A model generated the notes under the pieces. That model was not told the origin of the DNA and made no database searches. It was given only the letters and a program-made list of their open reading frames with translations. Below are positions 56,079 through 64,000 of a DNA stretch of 64,000 nt, in pieces. This stretch comes from Dehalococcoidia bacterium (lineage in GTDB: Bacteria; Chloroflexota; Dehalococcoidia; Lucifugimonadales; G963668185). The stretch covers positions 2,691,092 through 2,755,091 of the forward strand of contig OZ220745.1 of assembly GCA_965116985.1 (NCBI GenBank), given 5' to 3'. The first letter of the stretch is position 1. Each line of letters starts with the position of its first letter. Made by a program: the position numbers and the translations under genes.

Positions 56079-56627
56079 GACGGTGTTTGGACGGACTTGT
56101 GGAGGGAAGGGTCCACGTCTTGATGGGCGTGGGGATCCCCGGCCCGCTGGATTCCGGCTAGCCCCTGGTTCACGCTGGCGCGGGAGTGCGGGGATGGCGG
56201 GGTTGTGGTGTGTGGGCTGGTACTGCTGGGAGGGTCGTTCGCGAATTGGTCATGTGCGCGGCTGTTGTGGCTGCGGGGGCGGACTTGGGGCGGGAGCTGG
56301 CTTGCGTAAGGCCCTTCGACAGGCTCAGGGCGAACGGGTTCCTGTCGACGTTTTGGTGCGGCGCGTGGTTGGGCGGGCCGTTCGCGAACGGCCCCTACGC
56401 CTGAGGGATGGCGGCGGGGTTCTGTCGCCGGAAGGTGTTGGCGGGCGTGGGGTGCCCCGCCCCTCTGGATTCCGGCTGGCGCCGGGTTCACGCTGACGCG
56501 GTTTTGGTGTATGGGTTGGTTCAACTTCGCCGGCGTGGCGCGTGGTTGGGCGGGCCGTTCGCGAACGGCCCCTACTCCTGAGGGATGGCGAACGGGTCAT
56601 GCGCGGCAGGGGTGGCGATCGGCGGAA
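56079..56627. repeat. mosaic repeat array on the 5' side of paralog 2 (modules C, B, D and A in reverse orientation)
   Basis: Module A (reverse complement) at 56310-56337. Module B (reverse complement) at 56375-56398 and 56552-56575, 177 bp apart. Module C (reverse complement) at about 56130-56190 and 56445-56500. The order is collinear with 15790-16053. Confidence 0.9.
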
Positions 56628-56651
56628 TTGTAAGTGTCATCTAATTTGTTG
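56628..56651. repeat. right arm of the inverted repeat bracketing the paralog-2 block
   Basis: TTGTAAGTGTCATCTAATTTGTTG. Confidence 0.85.
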
Positions 56652-56858
56652 GCAGAATATTCAGAGTTTCCAATGGGGTCGCGGGGAGGCCCGTTGTGTG
56701 CTTGGTGAAATCCGCTGGTTTGTCTAGTCGAGCAGACCCTTCATTCGCGTTGGTTAGGAGAAGTCGCGTCAAACAGTACTGGTGATAAGATGACCTCGCT
56801 GGCACATCCTGTTAGAATCCTGGCTGAATACGGAAAACAAGCGAGAAGTTGAGGGCGA

Positions 56859-57956
56859 TTGCTTCAACGCCTCATAAAACAGGACTCCCCCTCCAAGTCT
56901 AGCGACAGGTCCGCACTCTATGTCGATGTGGATAACCTGCGCGACGGTGCCCAGACCGTTATTGAAGACCTGATCAGGAACTGGCCGTCGTCTATTCCGA
57001 CAGCCGGCAGGCTGTGCCTCTACGTCAGGGCCGAAAACCTCGACCTGTGGGAGATGTGGGCCAAAAGCCAGTTCCCCGAACTGGCCGTGGTGGTCAAGGG
57101 CGTCCAGCATTACAGTTTCCACCCGTCGAAGAACGCGGCGGACATGTCGATCGCGATGGACGCGCTCTCGGACATGATGCTGCGCCGCGCGAACTGGGTG
57201 GTGGTGTTCAGCGACGACAGCGACTTCATCGGCCTGTACGCGAAGGTCAAGGAGATCCACGAGGAGTCCGGCGGCGACGGCCGCAACGCCCCGTTCACGT
57301 GGGTGCTCACGGACCGCAGGGACACTCGGTCCGGAACGATCAGGGACTACTTCCCCAACGATCACGTCTACACGATCAAGTTCCCGACAGGCAGGAGGAT
57401 GTCGCCCGCGCCGGCTCCGACGGCCCGTTCTTCGCAGGGCACTGCCAGGACGCCGGCACGCACATCCCAGGCCGCGCCTAGGCCTTCGCGGGCCGCGCAG
57501 CCCGCTTCCAGGACTGCCCGCACTCCGCAGCCCGCTTCCAGGACCGCCCGCACCCCGCAGCCGGCGCCGAGACCTGCCCGCGCCGCGCAGCCTGCTTCCA
57601 GGCCTGCCCGAAGCGCAGAGGCTTCTCCGACGGAGTGTAAGCACCGCGGCAGGAGCAAGGCCGACGATGACAGGCGCAACGGGCGGATACTCAGCCAGAT
57701 GGCCGAGACCATTCTCAGAGAGGTGCCGGTGGGCTTCTTTGGGAGCGGAGACTGCCAGAAGATCGTGAAGAAGATCTGGCCGGACCACAGCCTGGCGAGG
57801 TCGAGCCCATCAGGATTCGGAACGAAGTTCGCGAACTCGATCCTGCCGATCCTGAAGGAGAAGGGTGTTACCGAGCCCAATCCCAATCGCAGGCCCAGGC
57901 GTTACGAGATGACCGAGGACGCCAAGGGCGCTGCCGCTCGCCAGGGCTCGTCTTGA
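56859..57956 (+). CDS. NYN (LabA/DUF88-like PIN-fold) nuclease domain, Pro/Ala/Arg-rich repeat linker, and an OST-HTH/LOTUS-like C-terminal domain
   Basis: ALYVDVDNL, SKNAADMSIAMDA, VVVFSDDSDFIGL (NYN acidic residues). The C-terminal ...FFGSGDCQKIVKKIWPDHSL...GFGTKFANSILPIL is LOTUS-like. TTG start. Confidence 0.7.
   Translation: MLQRLIKQDSPSKSSDRSALYVDVDNLRDGAQTVIEDLIRNWPSSIPTAGRLCLYVRAENLDLWEMWAKSQFPELAVVVKGVQHYSFHPSKNAADMSIAMDALSDMMLRRANWVVVFSDDSDFIGLYAKVKEIHEESGGDGRNAPFTWVLTDRRDTRSGTIRDYFPNDHVYTIKFPTGRRMSPAPAPTARSSQGTARTPARTSQAAPRPSRAAQPASRTARTPQPASRTARTPQPAPRPARAAQPASRPARSAEASPTECKHRGRSKADDDRRNGRILSQMAETILREVPVGFFGSGDCQKIVKKIWPDHSLARSSPSGFGTKFANSILPILKEKGVTEPNPNRRPRRYEMTEDAKGAAARQGSS
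57434..57614 (+). repeat. about six units of a 30-nt (10-aa) in-frame tandem repeat in the NYN protein linker
   Basis: GCAG landmark at 57497, 57527, 57557 and 57587 (exact 30-nt period), with two degenerate units upstream. Encodes QPASRTARTP-like decapeptides. Confidence 0.85.
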
Positions 57957-58387
57957 ACATCTTTTTCGACGTTGACTACACGATCCAGGGCGTGGATGGG
58001 AGTCTCCGACCCGGCACCAGCGAAGTGTTCGACCGGCTGGTGAAGGACGGCCACACTGTGTTCATCTGGTCCGGCGTGGGCGACCGCACATCCGATGTGA
58101 AGCGGCACCAGCTGGAGGGCTTTGTGAGCGGCGTGTTCGAGAAGCCCATCAACGACTTCGAGGCGGGCCTGACGCGGTTCAAAGTCACGGTCAGGCCGGA
58201 CTTCGTCATCGACGACTACCCGGAGATCGTTGGCGTGTTCGGTGGCACGGTGATCCGCCCTTACTACTTTCCGTCTTCGTCGGACGGCGAGATGGAGCGC
58301 GTGTACCAGGTGATCGCGGAGTATGCCCAGACCGGCGCTTCGTCCGACTCCATGTTCCGGCAGCCCAACGGTGGCACGCCGGCCTAA
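57953..58387 (+). CDS. small HAD-superfamily phosphatase-like protein
   Basis: MNIFFDVDYT (DxDxT motif I), VFIWSG (motif II), FVIDDY (motif IV). TTG start overlaps the NYN gene stop (TTGA). Confidence 0.7.
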   Translation: MNIFFDVDYTIQGVDGSLRPGTSEVFDRLVKDGHTVFIWSGVGDRTSDVKRHQLEGFVSGVFEKPINDFEAGLTRFKVTVRPDFVIDDYPEIVGVFGGTVIRPYYFPSSSDGEMERVYQVIAEYAQTGASSDSMFRQPNGGTPA

Positions 58388-58471
58388 CGGCCGCTCGCAG
58401 CCGCCAACCGCAGCAGAGGCGGCCCGCGCCGCTGTGCCGCCTGCCAGCCCGGTCACCCCGGCAAGGTAGTC

Positions 58472-60238
58472 ATGGCCGCGCCTTTGGAATCGGGCAGTTC
58501 CAGCCGTCAGATCAAGGTCCTGCCGGCAGAGCTTGCGTCCAAAATCGCGGCCGGGGAGGTGGTTGAGCGGCCCGCGTCCGTGGTCAAGGAACTGGTCGAG
58601 AACTCGCTGGACGCCGGCGCGCTGGAGATCACAGTTGAAGTCGCCCGCGGCGGCATGGAGTCGATCCGCGTCTCCGACAACGGCACGGGCATACCGCCTG
58701 ACGAGGTGGAGCTTGCGGTGCAGAGGTTCGCGACCAGCAAGGTCACCTCTTCGAACGACCTTGACTCGATCTCCACGCTGGGCTTTCGCGGCGAGGCGCT
58801 GCCGAGCATCGCGGCCGTGTCCGAGTTCACGATCGTCACACAGACGGGTACGGACGATGTGGGGACCCGCCTGGAGGTTGTGGAAGGTGAGGCGGTGCGG
58901 CTCTTGCCCGAGGGAGCGCCGCGGGGCACGACCGTCTCGGTCCGCCATCTTTTCCGCAACTTTCCCGCAAGAAGAAAATTCCTGAGGACGGAGGCCACCG
59001 AGGCGTCGCGGATCCACGCGCTGCTGACGCGGTACGCGATGGCGTACCCGGAGGTGCGGTTCCGGCTGGCGTCCACGGGTTCGAGAAGGTTCGAGACGTC
59101 AGGGTCGGGCGACCTTCGGGAGGTCGTGGCCGCCGTCTATTCGCTGGACGTTGCGGACTCGATGCTGGAGCTGTCGTCGGATGCCGGCGACGGAGGCGGG
59201 CCGTTCGTGTGGGGGCTGATCGGGCCGCCATCTCTCGACAGGGCGAGCCGGGCGTACGTCAGCGTGTTCGTGAACCGGCGGTGGGTGCAGAGCCGGATGG
59301 TGATGCAGGCCATCGAGCAGGCCTACCACGGTTTCATGGGGGAGCGGCGGTACCCGCTGGCAGTGGTGAACCTCGCGGTGCCGTACCACGAGCTGGACGT
59401 AAACATCCATCCGGCCAAGACAGAGGTCAGGTTCACAAAGTCCGGCGAGGCGTTCAGGGCCGTCCAGGGGTCGGTCCGGCGCACGCTGACGGCGCTTTCG
59501 CCGGTGCCCTCGCCGTCTGCCGTTGCCACGCCCCATGCGCCGCCGGCAGGGTCCGCGCGTCCGGTGACGGCGCCGTTCTGGCCGGACTCGCTCAGGCGAC
59601 CGGTCCCGGCAGGAAGGGACGACACGGTCCAGTTCGATCCGGAGGCGAACCTGACGCCCAAGAGGGCGCTGCCTGTGCTCCGCCCACTGGGTCAGGTCCA
59701 GACTACGTACATCGTCGCGGACGGCCCGGACGGCGTGTACCTGATAGATCAGCACGCGGCGCACGAGCGGGTGGTGTTCGAGCAGGTGCGAGAGGAGGCG
59801 CGCAGCAGGCGGTCGCCGAGCCAGGCGCTGCTGGAGCCGGCGACCGTGGATCTGAGCCTCAGGCACTTGGAGTTGTTGGAAGAGCATCGAGCGGCGCTGG
59901 AGAGCGTTGGGTTCGAGATCGAGGCATTCGGGCCAGAGTCGGTGCTACTCAGACGCGTGCCCAGCCTCCTGAATGAGGGCGATCCGGCGGCCGCGTTCCT
60001 GGACATCCTGGACCTGATCGGCGAAGGCCGGGAATGGGAGTCCTGGGAGGAGAGGGCGGCGTACTCGATCGCGTGCCACAAGGCCATCCGGGCGGGCCGG
60101 GTGCTCAGCGTCGAGGAGATTGCCGAGCTCACGCGCCAGCTGGAGAACTGCACGCAGCCTCACACGTGCCCGCATGGGAGGCCGACGATGATCTTCATGA
60201 GCACGGCGCACGTGGAGCGGGAGTTCGGCCGCCGCTGA
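58472..60238 (+). CDS. mutL: DNA mismatch repair endonuclease MutL
   Basis: IAAGEVVERPASVVKELVENSLDAGA, GFRGEAL, C-terminal ...ACHKAIRAG....CPHGRP. Confidence 0.95.
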   Translation: MAAPLESGSSSRQIKVLPAELASKIAAGEVVERPASVVKELVENSLDAGALEITVEVARGGMESIRVSDNGTGIPPDEVELAVQRFATSKVTSSNDLDSISTLGFRGEALPSIAAVSEFTIVTQTGTDDVGTRLEVVEGEAVRLLPEGAPRGTTVSVRHLFRNFPARRKFLRTEATEASRIHALLTRYAMAYPEVRFRLASTGSRRFETSGSGDLREVVAAVYSLDVADSMLELSSDAGDGGGPFVWGLIGPPSLDRASRAYVSVFVNRRWVQSRMVMQAIEQAYHGFMGERRYPLAVVNLAVPYHELDVNIHPAKTEVRFTKSGEAFRAVQGSVRRTLTALSPVPSPSAVATPHAPPAGSARPVTAPFWPDSLRRPVPAGRDDTVQFDPEANLTPKRALPVLRPLGQVQTTYIVADGPDGVYLIDQHAAHERVVFEQVREEARSRRSPSQALLEPATVDLSLRHLELLEEHRAALESVGFEIEAFGPESVLLRRVPSLLNEGDPAAAFLDILDLIGEGREWESWEERAAYSIACHKAIRAGRVLSVEEIAELTRQLENCTQPHTCPHGRPTMIFMSTAHVEREFGRR

Positions 60239-60251
60239 CGCGCTTTGAGGG

Positions 60252-61370
60252 TCAGTCTATGAGGACGGCATCCACTGAGTTGACCGGCGGAAGGCTGTCG
60301 ATAAGCAGATTCCAGCTATCGCCTTCGTCGGCGCTGTGGAAGACCTGGCCGCTGGTGGTGGCGACGTAGACTCCCGCTGGGTCGCACTCGTCCGTTGCCA
60401 AGTTCTCCCGCATCGCGTGCAGGTACACCTTTCGCTGTGGCAGGCCATTGGACAGGCCTTCCCAGTTCGCGCCGCCATCGCGGGTGCGATAGACGCGGAA
60501 CCGGCCGTCGGGCACGAAGCGGTACGCGCCGCCTAGCTCGTCGCCCGTGGCGCTGTCTTCGGGCAGGACGTATGCCGTCGAGGTGTCGCGCGGGTGCGTG
60601 GCCAACGGCAGGCCGAACCTGGAGGGCAGGCCCTCGGAGATGTCTTCCCAGTAGTCTCCGCCGTCATCTGAACGGTAAACGCCGCAGTGGTTCTGCTGAT
60701 ACAGCACGTCCGGCGCATCCTCGTACCCCAGCAGTTTGTGCGTGCACTGGCCGACTTCTGGATGCCTGTCAGGCAGGAAGTCCGCCCTGACGTTCGTGTT
60801 GATAGGCTGCCAGGTCTCGCCTGCGTCCTCGGTGCGGAAAGCGCCGGCCGCGGAGATGCCGATCCACATTCGTTCAGGACGCTCGTGATCGAGGACGATG
60901 CTGTGAAGGATGAGGCCCGCCATGCCCGGATGCCACACTTCCCTGGTCGAGTGTTCCGTGAGTCCCCGGACGTCCTCCCAAGTCTCGCCGCCGTCATGGC
61001 TCCGAAGCAGCGCCGCAGGCTCTACGCCCAGGTAGATTGCGCCCGGCTCGCTGGGTCTTCCGGGCAGTACGTGCCACACGCGCTTCACGGTGAGGCCCGT
61101 CTCTTCCGGAAACCTGGGCGGGTTCTCAGTGGACTGCCAGGTTGCTCCAAGGTCGCGGCTGAGCATGACTTCGGGCCCATAAACGGTGCGATTAACGGCA
61201 GCCAGCACTGTCTTCGCGTTGGCGTCGTACGACATGTGGAAGACATCATCCCCCGGGAGCATCAGGTCCGACAGATCCCAGTTCCTGCGCGCCTCGTCGC
61301 TTGTGGCGATGAACGCGCCTTTGCGGGTGCCTATGAGCACAGCAACTTTGCGGCTTCCGTTCTCAGTCAC
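60252..61370 (-). CDS. BNR/Asp-box repeat beta-propeller protein (sialidase/xyloglucanase-like fold)
   Basis: Six SxDxGxxW-type boxes (SRDLGATW, SHDGGETW, TEDAGETW, SDDGGDYW, TRDGGANW, SADEGDSW). Start moved to GTG 61370, 8 nt after AAGGAGG. Confidence 0.8.
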   Translation of the reverse strand: MTENGSRKVAVLIGTRKGAFIATSDEARRNWDLSDLMLPGDDVFHMSYDANAKTVLAAVNRTVYGPEVMLSRDLGATWQSTENPPRFPEETGLTVKRVWHVLPGRPSEPGAIYLGVEPAALLRSHDGGETWEDVRGLTEHSTREVWHPGMAGLILHSIVLDHERPERMWIGISAAGAFRTEDAGETWQPINTNVRADFLPDRHPEVGQCTHKLLGYEDAPDVLYQQNHCGVYRSDDGGDYWEDISEGLPSRFGLPLATHPRDTSTAYVLPEDSATGDELGGAYRFVPDGRFRVYRTRDGGANWEGLSNGLPQRKVYLHAMRENLATDECDPAGVYVATTSGQVFHSADEGDSWNLLIDSLPPVNSVDAVLID

Positions 61371-61553
61371 GATGGATTCCTCCTTAGTACAAACATGCCG
61401 GTGGGGGTAAATCTTACTGCCCGGCTGGGGCTGCTTGCGATGCTTTCCGCTGCGCCGACCGGCGAATTTGGTTAAATGCGGGGCCTCCGAACGGTAAAAT
61501 GTGGAGATGGACTGTAGACGCCATCTAAGGGAGTCTTCGACCGCGGCAATTGC

Positions 61554-61599
61554 GCTTGCCCGGGAGTTTGCCGCTTGCCCGGAGTTTGCCGCTTGATCG
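61554..61599. repeat. short tandem duplication GCTTGCCCGG(G)AGTTTGCC x2 plus a partial third, at the 5' edge of the nhaA ORF
   Basis: Units at 61554-61572 (19 nt) and 61573-61590 (18 nt), with a partial unit starting at 61591. Confidence 0.8.
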
Positions 61600-62957
61600 A
61601 AAGGGCGATTGAACTCAAGAGGGGTTTGACGGACCCGACCTACTTCCTCAAGGCCTTCAGACTCCCCGTCCAAGCGTTCATTCAGACAGAGCAGACCGGG
61701 GCGCTGATCCTGCTGCTTGCTGCCGCCGCGGCCATGGTCTGGGTGAACTCTCCATTTTCCGAGTCGTACTTCGAGCTCTGGCACACGAACGTCTCCTTCG
61801 ACCTCTTCGTGTTCAGCATATCCAAGGACCTCGAGCATCTCGTCAACGACGGACTAATGGCCGTCTTCTTCTATGTTGTCGGGCTAGAGATCAAGCGGGA
61901 GCTGATACACGGCGAGTTGTCCGACTTTCGCAGGGCCGTACTTCCGGCGGCGGCTGCGGTCGGCGGCATGGCGGCGCCGGCGCTGATCTACTTTGCGTTC
62001 AACGGCACTGGCGAGGGCAGCTCCGGGTGGGGCATTCCAATGGCGACCGACATAGCGTTCGCTCTTGGCGTGCTGGGGCTTCTGGGACGAAGGCTGCCAG
62101 CTCAGTTGCGGGTTTTCCTGCTCGGCCTGGCCGTGGTCGACGACCTGGGCGCGATCGGCGTGATTGCCGTGTTCTATACGGACTCGATTCAGTGGCACTA
62201 CCTCGGGCTGTCAGTGGGCCTGGTGTTGGGTATGGCGTTGATGATTCGCCTCGGAATCCAGTCAATGGGCTTCTATGTGATCGTCAGCATACTCATGTGG
62301 CAGTTCCTCCTACAGTCCGGAGTGCATGCCACGATAGCCGGAGTGATGATGGCAGCGATAACGCCCTCCGAGCCGTATCTCCGGCGGCAGCATTACGCCA
62401 AAACGGTTGAGGGTCTGCTGGCAAGATTCAAGGCGGCAATGGACGAAGGCGACGAGCAGAAGGCCGAGACCGTGGTGATGTCCATCGAGAGGCTGAGCCA
62501 GGGCACAGAAGGGCCAATGGAACGTCTCGAACGGTCTGTCCATCCGTGGACCAGCTTTGTCATATTGCCGCTATTCGCGCTGGCGAACGCGGGGATAGTG
62601 CTGTCTTCAGAAGCGTTGACCGCGGCGGCGGACAGCCGCGTAACGCTGGCGATACTTGTGGCGCTGCCCGCCGGCAACGCGGTAGGCATATTCAGCCTGA
62701 CCTGGCTTGCAGTCCGATCGGGCCTGGGCCAGCTTCCTTTCGGCGTGAGCTGGTGGCAGATTATGGGAGTCGCGCTGCTGGGAGGCGTGGGATTTACAGT
62801 GTCGATCTTCATATCCAACATCGCGTTTGACAGCGACCATCTGGTGGACATGGCCAAGCTTGGCGTGCTTGGCGGATCGATACTGTCGGGGTGCCTGGGC
62901 TATGCGCTGTTGAGGCTCAGCGGAGGGCCGGGAGGCACACAAGTCTACAAGCCCTGA
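61575..62957 (+). CDS. nhaA: Na+/H+ antiporter NhaA
   Basis: ...VWVNSPFSESYFELWHT..., ELIHGEL, AVVDDLGAI. The true start is probably downstream of 61575 (for example TTG 61593). Confidence 0.88.
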   Translation: MPGVCRLIERAIELKRGLTDPTYFLKAFRLPVQAFIQTEQTGALILLLAAAAAMVWVNSPFSESYFELWHTNVSFDLFVFSISKDLEHLVNDGLMAVFFYVVGLEIKRELIHGELSDFRRAVLPAAAAVGGMAAPALIYFAFNGTGEGSSGWGIPMATDIAFALGVLGLLGRRLPAQLRVFLLGLAVVDDLGAIGVIAVFYTDSIQWHYLGLSVGLVLGMALMIRLGIQSMGFYVIVSILMWQFLLQSGVHATIAGVMMAAITPSEPYLRRQHYAKTVEGLLARFKAAMDEGDEQKAETVVMSIERLSQGTEGPMERLERSVHPWTSFVILPLFALANAGIVLSSEALTAAADSRVTLAILVALPAGNAVGIFSLTWLAVRSGLGQLPFGVSWWQIMGVALLGGVGFTVSIFISNIAFDSDHLVDMAKLGVLGGSILSGCLGYALLRLSGGPGGTQVYKP

Positions 62958-62993
62958 CTGTCCCGGAGACTCGCTCCGTAACTCCCCTTGCAG

Positions 62994-64000
62994 CTACTCT
63001 TCGAAGCTCTTGAAGACCAGGCTTGAGTTCTGGCCGCCAAACCCGAAGCTGTTGGACATGGCGGCATTGACCGTGTGCTTCCTGGACTGGTTGGGAACGT
63101 AGTCCAGATCGCAGTCCGGGTCGGGCGTGTCGAGGTTAATCGTGGGATGGATCTCGTTGTTGACGATCGAGAGAATTGCCGCGATGCCTTCCAGTGCACC
63201 TGAAGCTCCCAGAGCGTGGCCGATCATGGACTTGGTGGAGCTGATCGGTACGTCATAGGCGCGGTCGCCGAACGCCAGCTTGATGGCGAGTGTCTCCACC
63301 AGATCGTTCTTGGGCGTTGATGTGCCGTGCGCGTTGATGTAGTCGATGTCGCCCGGAGACATACCCGCGTCTTCGAGCGCCCAACGGATGGCGCGGGCCG
63401 CTCCCCGGCCGTCTTCGTCGGGCTCGACGGAATGGAATGCGTCAGCGGACACGCCCAGGCCTGCGACCTCGGCGATGATGTTCGCGCCGCGGTCGAGAGC
63501 GTGGCGCATATCTTCCAGCACGACCATGCCGGCGCCCTCCGCGGGTACGAAGCCGTCCCGGTTCGCGTCGAACGGTCGGCTGGCGCGCTCGGGCACATCG
63601 TTCTGGCGCGTGAGGGCCTTGATGACGTTGAAGCCGCCCAGACCGAGGTGGCTTATACCGGCCTCGCAGCCGCCGGTGAGGACGGCATCGGCCGCGCCTC
63701 GTCTTATGATTTCGGCGCCCTCGCCGATGGCGTGAGTGCCAGCGGCGCATGCGGTGATGATCGTGGAGTTGTAGCCCTTGAGGCCGAACAGCCTGCTCAC
63801 GTTGGCCGCGGCCATGTTCGGGAGGATCATGGGAATGAAGAAGGGGCTCACCCTCATCCCGCCGCGGTCAAAGAGGAGTTTCGCGTTCAGCTCGGTGGTC
63901 GGAAAGCCGCCGTTGCCGTTGCCCATGACCACGCCGATGCGCTCATCGTCGAGCCCCGACACGTCCAGGCCCGCGTCTTCGAGGGCGAGGCCGGAAGCGG
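62994..64000 (-). CDS. fabF: 3-oxoacyl-ACP synthase II (5' end outside the window)
   Basis: ITACAAGTHAIG (active-site Cys), NAHGTSTP, GHALGASG. The frame stays open to the window edge (…ASGLALEDAGLDVSGLDDERIGVV). Confidence 0.9.
   Translation of the reverse strand, partial: ASGLALEDAGLDVSGLDDERIGVVMGNGNGGFPTTELNAKLLFDRGGMRVSPFFIPMILPNMAAANVSRLFGLKGYNSTIITACAAGTHAIGEGAEIIRRGAADAVLTGGCEAGISHLGLGGFNVIKALTRQNDVPERASRPFDANRDGFVPAEGAGMVVLEDMRHALDRGANIIAEVAGLGVSADAFHSVEPDEDGRGAARAIRWALEDAGMSPGDIDYINAHGTSTPKNDLVETLAIKLAFGDRAYDVPISSTKSMIGHALGASGALEGIAAILSIVNNEIHPTINLDTPDPDCDLDYVPNQSRKHTVNAAMSNSFGFGGQNSSLVFKSFEE

Noticed and set aside
54905-56651. Classical insertion sequence delimited by the 24-bp inverted repeats
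   Set aside because: There is no transposase-like ORF inside, no target-site duplication next to the arms, and only one pair in the window. It is kept as an open finding, not as an IS call.
56769-59017. 339-aa and 371-aa minus-strand ORFs over the NYN, HAD and mutL genes
   Set aside because: These are Arg/Gly-rich antisense artefacts. The plus strand carries the NYN, HAD and MutL motifs.

Overview
GC-rich bacterial chromosomal segment. GC content was judged by eye, not computed. The gene content (F420 cofE, PolX, DUF1800/DUF1501) and the repeat vocabulary look Chloroflexota/SAR202-like, but taxonomy cannot be verified here. I support about 57 protein-coding genes. Most are housekeeping or metabolic: secA, prs, pcrA, mutL, polX, copA, speE/speH, fhs, a gcvT-family gene, pyrD, rbsK, nhaA, fabF, tenA, folB and cofE. 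There are also two type II toxin-antitoxin pairs (vapBC, hicBA) and an ECF sigma / anti-sigma-VWA pair. I recognise no rRNA, tRNA, CRISPR array, transposase, integrase or reverse transcriptase. The ORF track writes M for GTG and TTG starts. Many starts were re-placed by homology and Shine-Dalgarno spacing, and 4-nt start/stop overlaps (ATGA, TTGA) are common. The most unusual content is a pair of about 92% identical paralogous genes of unknown function, at 16091-17074 (+) and 55010-56041 (-), in inverted orientation about 38 kb apart. Each sits inside kilobase-scale non-coding arrays built from a small vocabulary of REP-like repeat modules. These include a perfect 20-nt palindrome, a GAAA-tetraloop hairpin module and a CTGAGCCTGTCGAAGG module, organised into higher-order tandem units. 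The same module also occurs in-frame inside the paralogs as a copy-number-variable 24-nt coding repeat. The second copy is bracketed by a 19-bp perfect inverted repeat (23/24 when extended). Both copies keep a TTGACA-N18-TAAxCT promoter placed for a leaderless mRNA. Secondary candidates are a lower-GC orphan 580-aa coiled-coil protein (26308-28050), a translationally coupled NYN-LOTUS nuclease plus mini-HAD phosphatase pair (56859-58387), a 716-nt non-coding gap with helically phased TGTCCC repeats, and a pyrD whose conserved N-terminus has no canonical start codon. None of these can be confirmed without database searches.
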